Below, one piece after another: positions 9,937 through 18,155 of a stretch of 58,550 nucleotides of DNA. The first letter of the stretch is position 1; every line of letters starts with the position of its first letter. The stretch covers positions 1-58,550 of the IMG/VR virus record IMGVR_UViG_3300007513_000047, one strand, 5' to 3'. Position numbers and translations under genes: made by a program. Source of the stretch: a virus. Its lineage: Duplodnaviria; Caudoviricetes. Under the pieces are notes generated by a model that did no database searches, was not told the origin of the DNA, and saw nothing but the letters and a program-made list of their open reading frames with translations.

Positions 9937-10008
9937 TGGAGCGGAGTGAAAGTTTCGATACTTCATCTCTCAACTGGTAGTCGAGTGTGTTCTTTACACT
10001 AACTCCGC
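9937..10008 (-). tRNA. non-canonical tRNA-Gly, anticodon ACC
   Basis: GCGGAGT TA GTGT-AAAGA-ACAC A CTCGA-CT ACC AG-TTGAG AGAT GAAGT-ATCGAAA-CTTTC ACTCCGC T CCA: perfect 7-bp acceptor stem, U73, encoded CCA, full cloverleaf; the D-loop lacks GG and the T-arm is degenerate. Confidence 0.85.
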
Positions 10009-10061
10009 TTAGTATTCCATCCTACTAAATCTAGTAGTATTTTACAAGGGGTTTTTTGAAA

Positions 10062-10484
10062 TTATTTAATTTTAATTTCGACTGGTTTATCTTCTTCTGG
10101 AATAATCCTTTCTAAAGATACACTCAATATACCATCTTTCATATCTGCACCCTTGACTTCAATATCGTCTGCAAGTGTAAATCGTCTATTGAAAGTTCTG
10201 CCTGATAAACCTCTGTGAACATACTCAGTATCTTCACTTAGATTTTCTTTTGAACCCTCAATCAAAAGAGTTTCTTTTTCTTTTGTAATGGATATATCCT
10301 TCTTACCGAACCCAGCAACAGCAAGTTCAATACTGAAATTTTCAGCATCAATCTTTACAATATTGTAAGGTGGGTAGTTTGAAGTGTCGTGCAAATGTTC
10401 AGCACGGTTTAATAGTTGAAAAGTTCTGTCGAACCCTATTGCGAATGGGAATGATTTCCCGAAGACATCGTCATAGATTGTCAT
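10062..10484 (-). CDS. small heat-shock protein Hsp20 (IbpA-like)
   Basis: NYPPYNI, IELAVAGF, YVHRGLSGRTF and GILSVSLERIIPEE; start MTIYDD at 10484 with AAGGAGG SD. Confidence 0.95.
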   Translation of the reverse strand: MTIYDDVFGKSFPFAIGFDRTFQLLNRAEHLHDTSNYPPYNIVKIDAENFSIELAVAGFGKKDISITKEKETLLIEGSKENLSEDTEYVHRGLSGRTFNRRFTLADDIEVKGADMKDGILSVSLERIIPEEDKPVEIKIK

Positions 10485-10487
10485 AAT

Positions 10488-10505
10488 AGTCCTCCTTAAG
10501 CGACT
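10488..10505 (-). promoter_or_regulatory. ROSE-like RNA thermometer hairpin over the hsp20 SD
   Basis: AGUC-G-CUU aag GAG-GACU: UCGCU motif with a bulged G paired against the GAGGA SD. Confidence 0.5.
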
Positions 10506-10539
10506 GTTTGTTAAAATACCTAACCTCAAATGAGCATTA

Positions 10540-10870
10540 GGGCGTATGGGATGTCGAACTCTTTACGGTTTCAAACTTCTCGAGCAAATCTAAAACAAGT
10601 TCAACATCTCATACTAAAGTGAGGTTTATTTCCCAACTCGAACACGGAAGGGACTTCTTCCTCAATGCTTCGCAAACGAAGCAACTGAGTCACTCTTACT
10701 TCTGAATCGCCTTCATTTGAACAATTATAAACTGTTCTATGAAAGAACATCATCCGTCTGGACTCAGTAAGATGAAGTTCTCTAGGTCTCGAATTAACGG
10801 TAACCGGATCCCTTCATCGTCCAGATTGTTCTCAACTAATTGGTTTTCATTTCTCTCCCAATCGATTAAT
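10540..10870 (-). ncRNA. candidate large structured RNA (~330 nt), family unknown
   Basis: No minus-strand ORF; several long helices (10544-60/10598-614; 10757-63/10819-25; 10771-77/10812-18; 10666-72/10677-83); sigma70-like promoter immediately upstream. Confidence 0.6.
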
Positions 10871-10883
10871 TACAATCTAGGAC

Positions 10884-10925
10884 TATTATATAGTACATTT
10901 GGTAGCTTAAACAAGGGGTTTTTTA
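10884..10925 (-). promoter_or_regulatory. sigma70-like promoter of the AAAACCCC-TTG class
   Basis: AAAAAACCCC TTGTTT-N18-TATAAT preceded by A-tracts. Confidence 0.65.
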
Positions 10926-10934
10926 ATTTTTTTT

Positions 10935-11066
10935 TTAATTTTTTTTATTTTTGTATTCTTCTTCACTAATAACTCTTATCTTTTCTTTAGGAAAAGTTAT
11001 ATTCCATGCATAAACATCAGTTTTAATCTGCCATATCATAAGTCTTCGCCACAATCTTTTAATCAT
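10935..11066 (-). CDS. 43-aa hypothetical protein (not in ORF track)
   Basis: MIKRLWRRLMIWQIKTDVYAWNITFPKEKIRVISEEEYKNKKN; ATGA overlap with the upstream gene. Confidence 0.5.
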   Translation of the reverse strand: MIKRLWRRLMIWQIKTDVYAWNITFPKEKIRVISEEEYKNKKN

Positions 11067-11290
11067 GCTTCTATAGGTTTGTCACGAAAGATTATGTTTG
11101 ATAGTCCGAGTTTGTTTCTTCGTTCTATCTCAACTCTAACTTTAGCTCTAAGTTTTCGTTTAGTGCTTTCTTTATTGTATGCTTCGATTAAGTCTGCGTT
11201 TGATTTACATTTCATGTAGTCATAAACTAAAGTAGTCTTCTTAGTCATTCTATCATATTGTCTAGATGTTTTTCCAAATTTAATTGGCAT
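11063..11290 (-). CDS. basic hypothetical protein
   Basis: 75-aa ORF with AGGAG SD. Confidence 0.7.
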   Translation of the reverse strand: MPIKFGKTSRQYDRMTKKTTLVYDYMKCKSNADLIEAYNKESTKRKLRAKVRVEIERRNKLGLSNIIFRDKPIEA

Positions 11291-11307
11291 AATATACTCC
11301 TGTTCTT

Positions 11308-13197
11308 TTATTTATTGAGTTTACGAACCTCTTTTCTTCCTCTGCCATCATCAAAGACAGGTGCAAATATTTTAACTGGTATGTCTTTACCCTTAACTTT
11401 AATCTCATCTATTTGTTGACATGCAATATTGTCCAATTGCATATAAGTATATTCGGATAAAAGAATTGGTGTATCAAAAGTTCTTGTTTGAACTTCTAAT
11501 CTTGCGCCAAGATTAACTGCATCTCCAACTACTGAGTAATCAAATCTCAATTCACTTCCCATATTTCCTACAATACATGGGCCTGTATTAATTCCTGTAC
11601 CTATTACTACTGGTGGTAAATCCATACCCTCATCTTTAATTTCTTGATTCATTTTCTCAGTGAGTAGTTCTATTTCTATTGCAGTCTTCACAGCCATCTC
11701 TGCATGATTAGGACAATCTAACGGAGCATTCCAAAATGCCATTAAACAATCCCCCATATACTTATCTACTGTTCCACCATTCTCAATTACCACCTTTGTC
11801 ATACCATCTAAGAATCTATTGATAAGTAATACTAGTCCCTCTGGATCATCATTCTTCATATAAGCTTCTGATATGGGAGTGAATCCAACTATGTCTGCAA
11901 ATAAGAAAGACATTTCTTTTCTATCACCACCAAGTCTAAGTTTACTTGGGTCTTTCTGGAGTTCTTCAATCATATCAGGAGATAAATATTTCTGGAACTG
12001 CTTCTTAATTTGTTCTTTGAGTTGGTAGGTCGTATAGTATTGGTTGAAAGAGGCATGCCCGAAAACAACTATGGAGGAAATCGATGACCAGAAAATATCG
12101 AAGAGAACGAGAGATGAAGACCATAAGTAGAAACCCCCACCCACCTGAACTAACACGATACTGGAACTCACTATCGCCGAGTAGACTGTGGGAAGTTTGT
12201 AAACCGATGCCAATATTCCTAGAAGGACTATCAAAAGAAGAACGACTTCTAAAAATTCAAGAAAGTCGGATTGTTGTATTTGAACTCCTGTCGAGACGGT
12301 TTGGATTAGGTTCGCTTGAACTTCGTGGGGATACATTGTACCCACTGGAGTTGAAATTGGATTAGCTAATCCTTCAGCAGTAAGACCATAAACTAGAATC
12401 TTATTCTCTATATCCGATTCTTTTAGGTCTGAGAATGAAATGGAATCAAACTGATTCCAATAAGAAATCATTAAGTCACCGCTTGATGTGGTCTCGATTG
12501 GCGAATCTCTTCCCATTTTTACCCAAACTATACCCTCTTCTTTAGTAACCCTAGTCTGATAATTAGGTTGGTCATAGAAAGCTCTGAGTGTTTCAAAGCC
12601 CAAACTCGGATAGAGCTGGCCATTGGCCTGGATGACAAGCGGAGCGCTCCTGATGGTACCATCAAAGTTAGGGGTTTTCGCCACACTAGGTGTAGCGACT
12701 GTGACTCCCATACCCCAAGCCGAACTTTGTAATCCGGGAATGGGACTCACCAAACCTGGAAAGTTCCATACATGGTCTTGTATATCACCATCTCCAAATA
12801 CAGATGTATTTACGAATGGTGCGTTGCCTGATTCTTTTTGAACTGTTGGTGCAGATGATAATATGGTTAATCTATTCTCTAATGCGTTTGCAAAGACTTC
12901 GTCTCCACCAAATCTATCTTCTTCTGAGAATAGAATATTGAATACATGAGTGTTTGTGTGGTGAGTTTCCCATAGAGTATCAGCATATATCTCTCTAGGG
13001 AATGGGTATTGACCTAGGGCGTCTATCGACTTTTCATCTATATTTACTAGAAGAATGTCTTCTACTTGAACTTTTTCTTTTGATGAATGTAGAACATCGA
13101 AGTAAGACCATCTAACATTATCTATTAAATAAGGCGACCATATCTTTACACCCACCAATGCAACGATAGTGAGTAATACCGTTTTCCAATTATACAT
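11308..13197 (-). CDS. CHASE2-domain membrane adenylate/guanylate cyclase (class III)
   Basis: N-terminal TM, IDEKSI..LGQYPFPR (CHASE2), three TMs, then FADIVGFT, DKYMGDCLMAFW, GNMGSELRFDYSVVGDAVNLGARLE and VKGK; the K and D specificity residues suggest ATP; start MYNWK at 13197. Confidence 0.93.
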   Translation of the reverse strand: MYNWKTVLLTIVALVGVKIWSPYLIDNVRWSYFDVLHSSKEKVQVEDILLVNIDEKSIDALGQYPFPREIYADTLWETHHTNTHVFNILFSEEDRFGGDEVFANALENRLTILSSAPTVQKESGNAPFVNTSVFGDGDIQDHVWNFPGLVSPIPGLQSSAWGMGVTVATPSVAKTPNFDGTIRSAPLVIQANGQLYPSLGFETLRAFYDQPNYQTRVTKEEGIVWVKMGRDSPIETTSSGDLMISYWNQFDSISFSDLKESDIENKILVYGLTAEGLANPISTPVGTMYPHEVQANLIQTVSTGVQIQQSDFLEFLEVVLLLIVLLGILASVYKLPTVYSAIVSSSIVLVQVGGGFYLWSSSLVLFDIFWSSISSIVVFGHASFNQYYTTYQLKEQIKKQFQKYLSPDMIEELQKDPSKLRLGGDRKEMSFLFADIVGFTPISEAYMKNDDPEGLVLLINRFLDGMTKVVIENGGTVDKYMGDCLMAFWNAPLDCPNHAEMAVKTAIEIELLTEKMNQEIKDEGMDLPPVVIGTGINTGPCIVGNMGSELRFDYSVVGDAVNLGARLEVQTRTFDTPILLSEYTYMQLDNIACQQIDEIKVKGKDIPVKIFAPVFDDGRGRKEVRKLNK

Positions 13198-13361
13198 TAC
13201 TGGATCCAGCAAACAGGATATACACACCAGTAAGGATTAGCAAATCCTAATAACCATAGTATGAGAATCCATAATGGGATTTTTACCCATGTTCTGCCTT
13301 TAGACCACTCTCTGAATCGTATGGCGTATGGTGCCATTTTATTAAACAACCAGTCTTGCAT
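13197..13361 (-). CDS. 54-aa membrane protein (not in ORF track)
   Basis: MQDWLFNKMAPYAIRFREWSKGRTWVKIPLWILILWLLGFANPYWCVYPVCWIQ; TAATG overlaps at both ends. Confidence 0.7.
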   Translation of the reverse strand: MQDWLFNKMAPYAIRFREWSKGRTWVKIPLWILILWLLGFANPYWCVYPVCWIQ

Positions 13362-13546
13362 TATCCTCTGATTTCCTCTATAGGTTCTGGTATTACAATC
13401 TCTTCTGGTTGCATATGATTAAGGTAAATATACAATGCACCACCTAAAAGTGTAATCATCAAAGCCCATGCTAGTAATCTTCTCATAAATCTTTTCCTTT
13501 TTTTTAGACGCCACTCGCCTTTAAGTTTAATTATTCTCTCGTTCAT
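13361..13546 (-). CDS. small membrane protein
   Basis: Basic N-terminus followed by one TM helix. Confidence 0.6.
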   Translation of the reverse strand: MNERIIKLKGEWRLKKRKRFMRRLLAWALMITLLGGALYIYLNHMQPEEIVIPEPIEEIRG

Positions 13547-13739
13547 TTTCTTGTATAAAGTCTTTCATCTCTAACATCCAAGCTCTAAGTCTATGGGTTT
13601 GTTTCATGTGAAACTCTGCGTTCTTCTTATCTTCTAGTATCATTCTATTATGATAATCTATTACCCTCAGAATGATTCTTATGCCCTCTTGATATGGCAT
13701 ACGAATTAGAGTTGAAAATCTCTCTTTTTTTGTAGACAT
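13527..13739 (-). CDS. hypothetical protein
   Basis: 70-aa ORF in operon orientation. Confidence 0.6.
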   Translation of the reverse strand: MSTKKERFSTLIRMPYQEGIRIILRVIDYHNRMILEDKKNAEFHMKQTHRLRAWMLEMKDFIQENERENN

Positions 13740-13747
13740 TCAAGATA

Positions 13748-14578
13748 TTAGTTTCCTTGCGAAACCGTGACAGAACAACCGCCAGAAGTTTGGCAGTTTT
13801 GTGTAAGTGTATAATTTTGTGTTGTGTTGCCTCGTTGTTCGAAATCGAGAGTAGTTCCAAATGTTCCATTTAATGTTATGGTTGCATTGTGTTCGCCATG
13901 GCCATCTTGAAGATAATCAACAGTATTGTCATCATTCTGAACTGTTAAATAAAATTCTTTTGCACCATCGCCCTTTTGTTTGCCAAAGATTGAGTTATCA
14001 TCTCCATATAAATATATTCTTGCTGAGTGTCCATCACAATTACCTTGTGAACAATTTCGTTGTTGCCCAACTATTTCGTTATCATCTCCATGTATATCTA
14101 CGGTAACATAATGACCGCCACCCTCTGTATTATCAATTGCCCAACTAGTGTCGGTTCTACTTGAGATTTCATATCCTTGAGCCCACCATAACTTATTATT
14201 TGTTCCATAACTAATATGAAACTGAATATCATTCTTGTTGCAATCTGAATTTTTAGTACAGTTCTGCCAGAGTTTAACAGTTTGGTTATCATAGTCAATA
14301 TCACCACCCCAAGATGCGCCAGAACCCCAACTTGGAGAATCATTGGCCCAACCTATTTCGTTGTTAGAACCAACTTGTTTCATTTCAATCACAACATCAT
14401 CTCCATCACCTACAGAAAAGAATATATCGTTGTTGAATCCTTCTTGAATGATATCGATTTCTAAGTTGTCTCCACCTGCTACTTGATTAATGTTGATAGT
14501 ATTATCATCAGATGCTATAACTGATAAGGAAAACAATGTTCCTATTGCAAATGTTTTTATTTTATTTAAAAAATCCAT
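13748..14578 (-). CDS. secreted curlin-repeat-like protein (CsgA/CsgB-like)
   Basis: Signal peptide; repeated Q-x-G-x-x-N beta-arch units (IIQEGFNN, MKQVGSNN, KQKGDG, YLQDGHG, EQRGN); three close Cys pairs. Confidence 0.7.
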   Translation of the reverse strand: MDFLNKIKTFAIGTLFSLSVIASDDNTININQVAGGDNLEIDIIQEGFNNDIFFSVGDGDDVVIEMKQVGSNNEIGWANDSPSWGSGASWGGDIDYDNQTVKLWQNCTKNSDCNKNDIQFHISYGTNNKLWWAQGYEISSRTDTSWAIDNTEGGGHYVTVDIHGDDNEIVGQQRNCSQGNCDGHSARIYLYGDDNSIFGKQKGDGAKEFYLTVQNDDNTVDYLQDGHGEHNATITLNGTFGTTLDFEQRGNTTQNYTLTQNCQTSGGCSVTVSQGN

Positions 14579-14583
14579 ATTAA

Positions 14584-15741
14584 TTAACCTTGTTGAATAA
14601 TAACTATTTCTATTCCATCTCCATCACCAAATGTTATAACACCTTGATAACCTTCTACTTCGGTCTCTAGAGTTCCGGAACCTCCTGCGGCTATTATTAT
14701 ATTTATGTGTCCATTCACATCTCTAAAGAATACTAAGTCGCCATCTTGTTCAAAGATATTATACTGCGATTCTTTATTGAACCCAGCAGATGCACCTCTA
14801 AGTTTGAAACCTGCTATATCTGCGGCCTGTCTATCATCAACCAATACAACTCTAGTCTTTTCTAAAGCTTCAACAACATCTAATAAATCTTGTAAGAAGT
14901 CTACATCTAGATAATCAATATCTAATTCGGAGAAATCTCCTTCCATAGTGTCATCTAATGCATTTGCTTCTAGTTCATTAAACTCTAAGAAGTCGATGTC
15001 TAATACACCTTGGTCTGAGTTCTGCTCATCTGAATATGATTCTTCCATCGCCTGTCTTATCGCAGGTGGTGGATTCACAATAAACATATTGTCAATCATA
15101 CTAGGTGTTATGCCTTGAACAACAACTGATTTAGTTGGTGCGGCCTCAAAAGATGCGACTGTTGTGGCCGCATACGCTTGATTTAAAATCGTTTCACCGC
15201 CATCATTCCATACTAAAATCTCTCCTGATGTTTCACCTGTTGTTTCATCAGGCAAAAGAATGACCATTGTCCTACCCAACTCATCTATGGTTGTGGTGAA
15301 ATCGGTCCCTCTCATCGTAATGTTCGCCGTTGGTGTGGCGACATTAACATTTTGTTTTTTAATTCTATTACCAGCACCCGAGGCAAATCTTGATGTGCCT
15401 CTTACCATTCTAATCGACATCTTTGATAGACTTGGGTCTGGATCGTAATACGCCTCGTCAATATAAACAAGACTGTTTTCTGTTAATGAGAGTTGTTCTG
15501 CATCGAGGAACTCTATTAACATTCTGCCATTGGCAGTTTCCGCTTCATCATATAAAACTATGTCTGTTCCGACATCAGTTTCAAGCCGACTGTCACCTCT
15601 TTTTACGGAAGTGACACCTTTGTTTTCTACAATATCACCAATGGGTTCAGCATAAGCGAACCCACCGTATGATAAAAAAAGACTTAAACTAACTGTCGTT
15701 AGCAGCGTCTTTCTGATTAATTTGAATGATTGCATTTTCAC
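14584..15741 (-). CDS. FecR-domain periplasmic protein
   Basis: Signal peptide; D-x-x-ET-x-x-GR, LTENS and TPTANITMRGTDF FecR pattern; acidic C-terminal region; start uncertain. Confidence 0.8.
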   Translation of the reverse strand: MKMQSFKLIRKTLLTTVSLSLFLSYGGFAYAEPIGDIVENKGVTSVKRGDSRLETDVGTDIVLYDEAETANGRMLIEFLDAEQLSLTENSLVYIDEAYYDPDPSLSKMSIRMVRGTSRFASGAGNRIKKQNVNVATPTANITMRGTDFTTTIDELGRTMVILLPDETTGETSGEILVWNDGGETILNQAYAATTVASFEAAPTKSVVVQGITPSMIDNMFIVNPPPAIRQAMEESYSDEQNSDQGVLDIDFLEFNELEANALDDTMEGDFSELDIDYLDVDFLQDLLDVVEALEKTRVVLVDDRQAADIAGFKLRGASAGFNKESQYNIFEQDGDLVFFRDVNGHINIIIAAGGSGTLETEVEGYQGVITFGDGDGIEIVIIQQG

Positions 15742-16435
15742 TATCCGCCGTTAAGGTTATATGGGCGTCTGGTGATGAGCAAGAATTGCCTGCACCCGAA
15801 ACACATGTTCCACTTAATTGATTGATATCAATATCAGCACTTGAACCAGTTAAAGTTAGGTTCAATGTTTGTTCTCCATCTTTTTGTAGAGTGTTAATGT
15901 TATTGGATCCACCTGTGACTGTAAAGTTCCAGGTAGCGTCATCTGACTCCCAATCAACATCGAATACATTACTGTTTCCTACTAAGACTAAATCTGCGTT
16001 CAATCTCTCTGCACTTAAAGAATATCCTTGGTCTAAATCGAATGTATTTGAATCACCATCAACATTAAAGTTAATATCTGAATCATCAGCAGAACCTGAG
16101 GCCCCTATGTTCCAATCAACTGAGTTTGAATTTCCTGAAAGTAGCAAAGTTATATCAGTGCTATCTGTGATAAAAGGTCCGAATAACAAGTTCTGATTAC
16201 CAATCATATCGATGTTTAAATCTAGAGTGTGACCAGTCATTGTCATAGCAGTACCAGAACCACTTGAATAATTATTTTGACCTATTTTGTTACCAAAACC
16301 GATTTGGTCAATATATAATTTCAAGGTGTCTCCAGTTTGTGCAATCATAACCTCATTATCATCTGTAGCAGCAGCGAAAACGAATGATGTCGACATTCCA
16401 AAAAGTAATGCTATACTTAATAAAAATTTATTCAT
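15689..16435 (-). CDS. secreted curlin-like beta-solenoid protein
   Basis: Signal peptide; IAQTGD, IDQIGFGN, GNQN, GNSN, GDSN, GNSN and GGSN repeats. Confidence 0.7.
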   Translation of the reverse strand: MNKFLLSIALLFGMSTSFVFAAATDDNEVMIAQTGDTLKLYIDQIGFGNKIGQNNYSSGSGTAMTMTGHTLDLNIDMIGNQNLLFGPFITDSTDITLLLSGNSNSVDWNIGASGSADDSDINFNVDGDSNTFDLDQGYSLSAERLNADLVLVGNSNVFDVDWESDDATWNFTVTGGSNNINTLQKDGEQTLNLTLTGSSADIDINQLSGTCVSGAGNSCSSPDAHITLTADSENAIIQINQKDAANDS

Positions 16436-17315
16436 TTTCTTCTCCTATTATCCAAAAGCCTCTATCGTGCCCTTGGTAAATTAATTCCAACACGGCAGCC
16501 TCGATAGCTGTTCGTGTTGCGTATGTCACTGACTCATTATTACCCACGCCGTCCTCGAACTCGACAAGTTGTGTTCCTTCTTCAAAGAATCGGAATACAT
16601 CTCCCCCAGCACCATAAGAAAGGATAGTCTTTCTTGTTTGGACATTCAATAATATTTCTCCTGTGAGAACACTAACAGCTCTCATAGAAATTGTCACAGC
16701 ATCTTGACGATACTGTTTGGCCATTCCAACACCTAGAGTTCTTGCGCCTCGACCTCCGGTTAGTAAATTGGAATCATAACCAATTATCCCACCTTCTATA
16801 ATTATGCCTGCGAATAGCATAGGTTGAATTCCTTGTGCTTCTGTCCCATTGGCAGTAGCAAAATCTTGTCTGGCAGAACGAATAATCTGCCTCTCTCTTA
16901 CTAAGTTGTCTATACCACCCCTTTCGACAACTCTAAACCACTTACCACCAGCGGCGGTTTTAAGTGCATCTATAACCATTGCTTCAGCGCCTTGTGTGAC
17001 TGCTGTAGAGAATGATGCAATGTTACCTTCTGATTTTCTTTGACCTGTTCTATCAATGAAATTATATACTGCAACCACTGGCATTTCTTTTGCAGGTGGT
17101 ATGTTTAACAGTTCTATGTATGATGGAAGTCTTATTACTTCCGGCGTATCAACACAAATATATTTTCTGGACATTATTTTATTAACACCTGTCCAAACAT
17201 CTTTGCCAAACCCCTCCTGATAATCACAATCTTTAGGGTCCATACTCCACTGTGGTATTGATGCACAACCTGACATAAGAATCAATAAAGAACTTAAAAG
17301 AAAATTTCGAAACAT
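16428..17315 (-). CDS. csgG: curli secretion channel lipoprotein CsgG
   Basis: Lipobox LMSGC; VAVYNFIDRTGQRK, FSTAVTQGA, WFRVVERGGIDNLVRERQIIR and EGGIIGYDSN. Confidence 0.95.
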   Translation of the reverse strand: MFRNFLLSSLLILMSGCASIPQWSMDPKDCDYQEGFGKDVWTGVNKIMSRKYICVDTPEVIRLPSYIELLNIPPAKEMPVVAVYNFIDRTGQRKSEGNIASFSTAVTQGAEAMVIDALKTAAGGKWFRVVERGGIDNLVRERQIIRSARQDFATANGTEAQGIQPMLFAGIIIEGGIIGYDSNLLTGGRGARTLGVGMAKQYRQDAVTISMRAVSVLTGEILLNVQTRKTILSYGAGGDVFRFFEEGTQLVEFEDGVGNNESVTYATRTAIEAAVLELIYQGHDRGFWIIGEENE

Positions 17316-17842
17316 TAACTGTCTCCAGGCACTGGCACAGGATCAGGGTCCTGACTAAAGTTTCCTGAACCTATTGGTATCTCTAATATTGTTTCTGTAC
17401 CATCTTCTGATACAATAGTCATTCTAATAAATTCTGAGCCGTCTGCGTTAGTGATTACTTCGTATGTGACTGTACTACCTTCTAATACAAATGAACCAAA
17501 ACGAGTTGCAGTATCGTTTGAGAACATTGATTCAACCAATTGTTTGGCCATTTGAGCATAGATACGGCTCTCTAAGTTTCTAATAAATTTTGCAAGGGTT
17601 GTATTGTCTTCTGCCCTTTCAGCAGCTTTACGAGCTGATTCTAATGCATCTTCTATCTCCGTCTTACGAGTGAACTCTTGGTTCTCTACTGTGAGATAAT
17701 GAGATGCGGTTCCCTTTCCACTGAAAGATGGATTTTTAAATTCGTGTGTTATTGGTGATGCGTAAACATTGTTTGCGTGTAGAAACAATACAAATAATAT
17801 TGAAAATACGAAACTAGCTATCTTTATCTTTTGTGTCTTCAT
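17315..17842 (-). CDS. csgF: curli assembly component CsgF
   Basis: Signal peptide, then ITHEFKNPSFSG; FIRNLESRIYAQ; C-terminal TILEIPI; adjacent to csgG. Confidence 0.85.
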   Translation of the reverse strand: MKTQKIKIASFVFSILFVLFLHANNVYASPITHEFKNPSFSGKGTASHYLTVENQEFTRKTEIEDALESARKAAERAEDNTTLAKFIRNLESRIYAQMAKQLVESMFSNDTATRFGSFVLEGSTVTYEVITNADGSEFIRMTIVSEDGTETILEIPIGSGNFSQDPDPVPVPGDS

Positions 17843-18155
17843 TCTTCTTCCCCTTTAGAGCCTGCGCTTGCTTATACTCTAAAACTGTATTTAATTTTTC
17901 TTGCAATCTTATCTGGTCTTGGTCTAACATTCTCATTTGGTCGATAAGTCTTACAAGTACCGTCTGTTGTTTATCCAGATTCGGTTCTAATTCTTCCGTC
18001 ACAAATTTCCAGACAAAGTAGATAAAATAACCCATTGCAAGTGCAATTATAATTGGGAATCCAAACTCATTGAGCATATCTGCAACAGGAGTTAGATAAT
18101 CTAATTCTAAGTCCAGAACATCTTCTGGCAATTCATTACTAATCTCTTCTTGCAT
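17814..18155 (-). CDS. single-TM coiled-coil protein
   Basis: FGFPIIIALAMGYFIYFVW...LIDQMRMLDQDQIRL; resembles the next ORF. Confidence 0.75.
   Translation of the reverse strand: MQEEISNELPEDVLDLELDYLTPVADMLNEFGFPIIIALAMGYFIYFVWKFVTEELEPNLDKQQTVLVRLIDQMRMLDQDQIRLQEKLNTVLEYKQAQALKGKKNEDTKDKDS

Noticed and set aside
9916-9966. N-terminal extension of AhpC in the ORF track
   Set aside because: It overlaps the tRNA 3' half; the ATG at 9915 has a strong SD
10540-10870. RNase P RNA or tmRNA identity for the ncRNA (GAGGAAGAAGUCC resembles the RNase P GAGGAAAGUCC)
   Set aside because: The matching 3' P4 strand is not found, and there are no tRNA-Ala-like ends or tag reading frame
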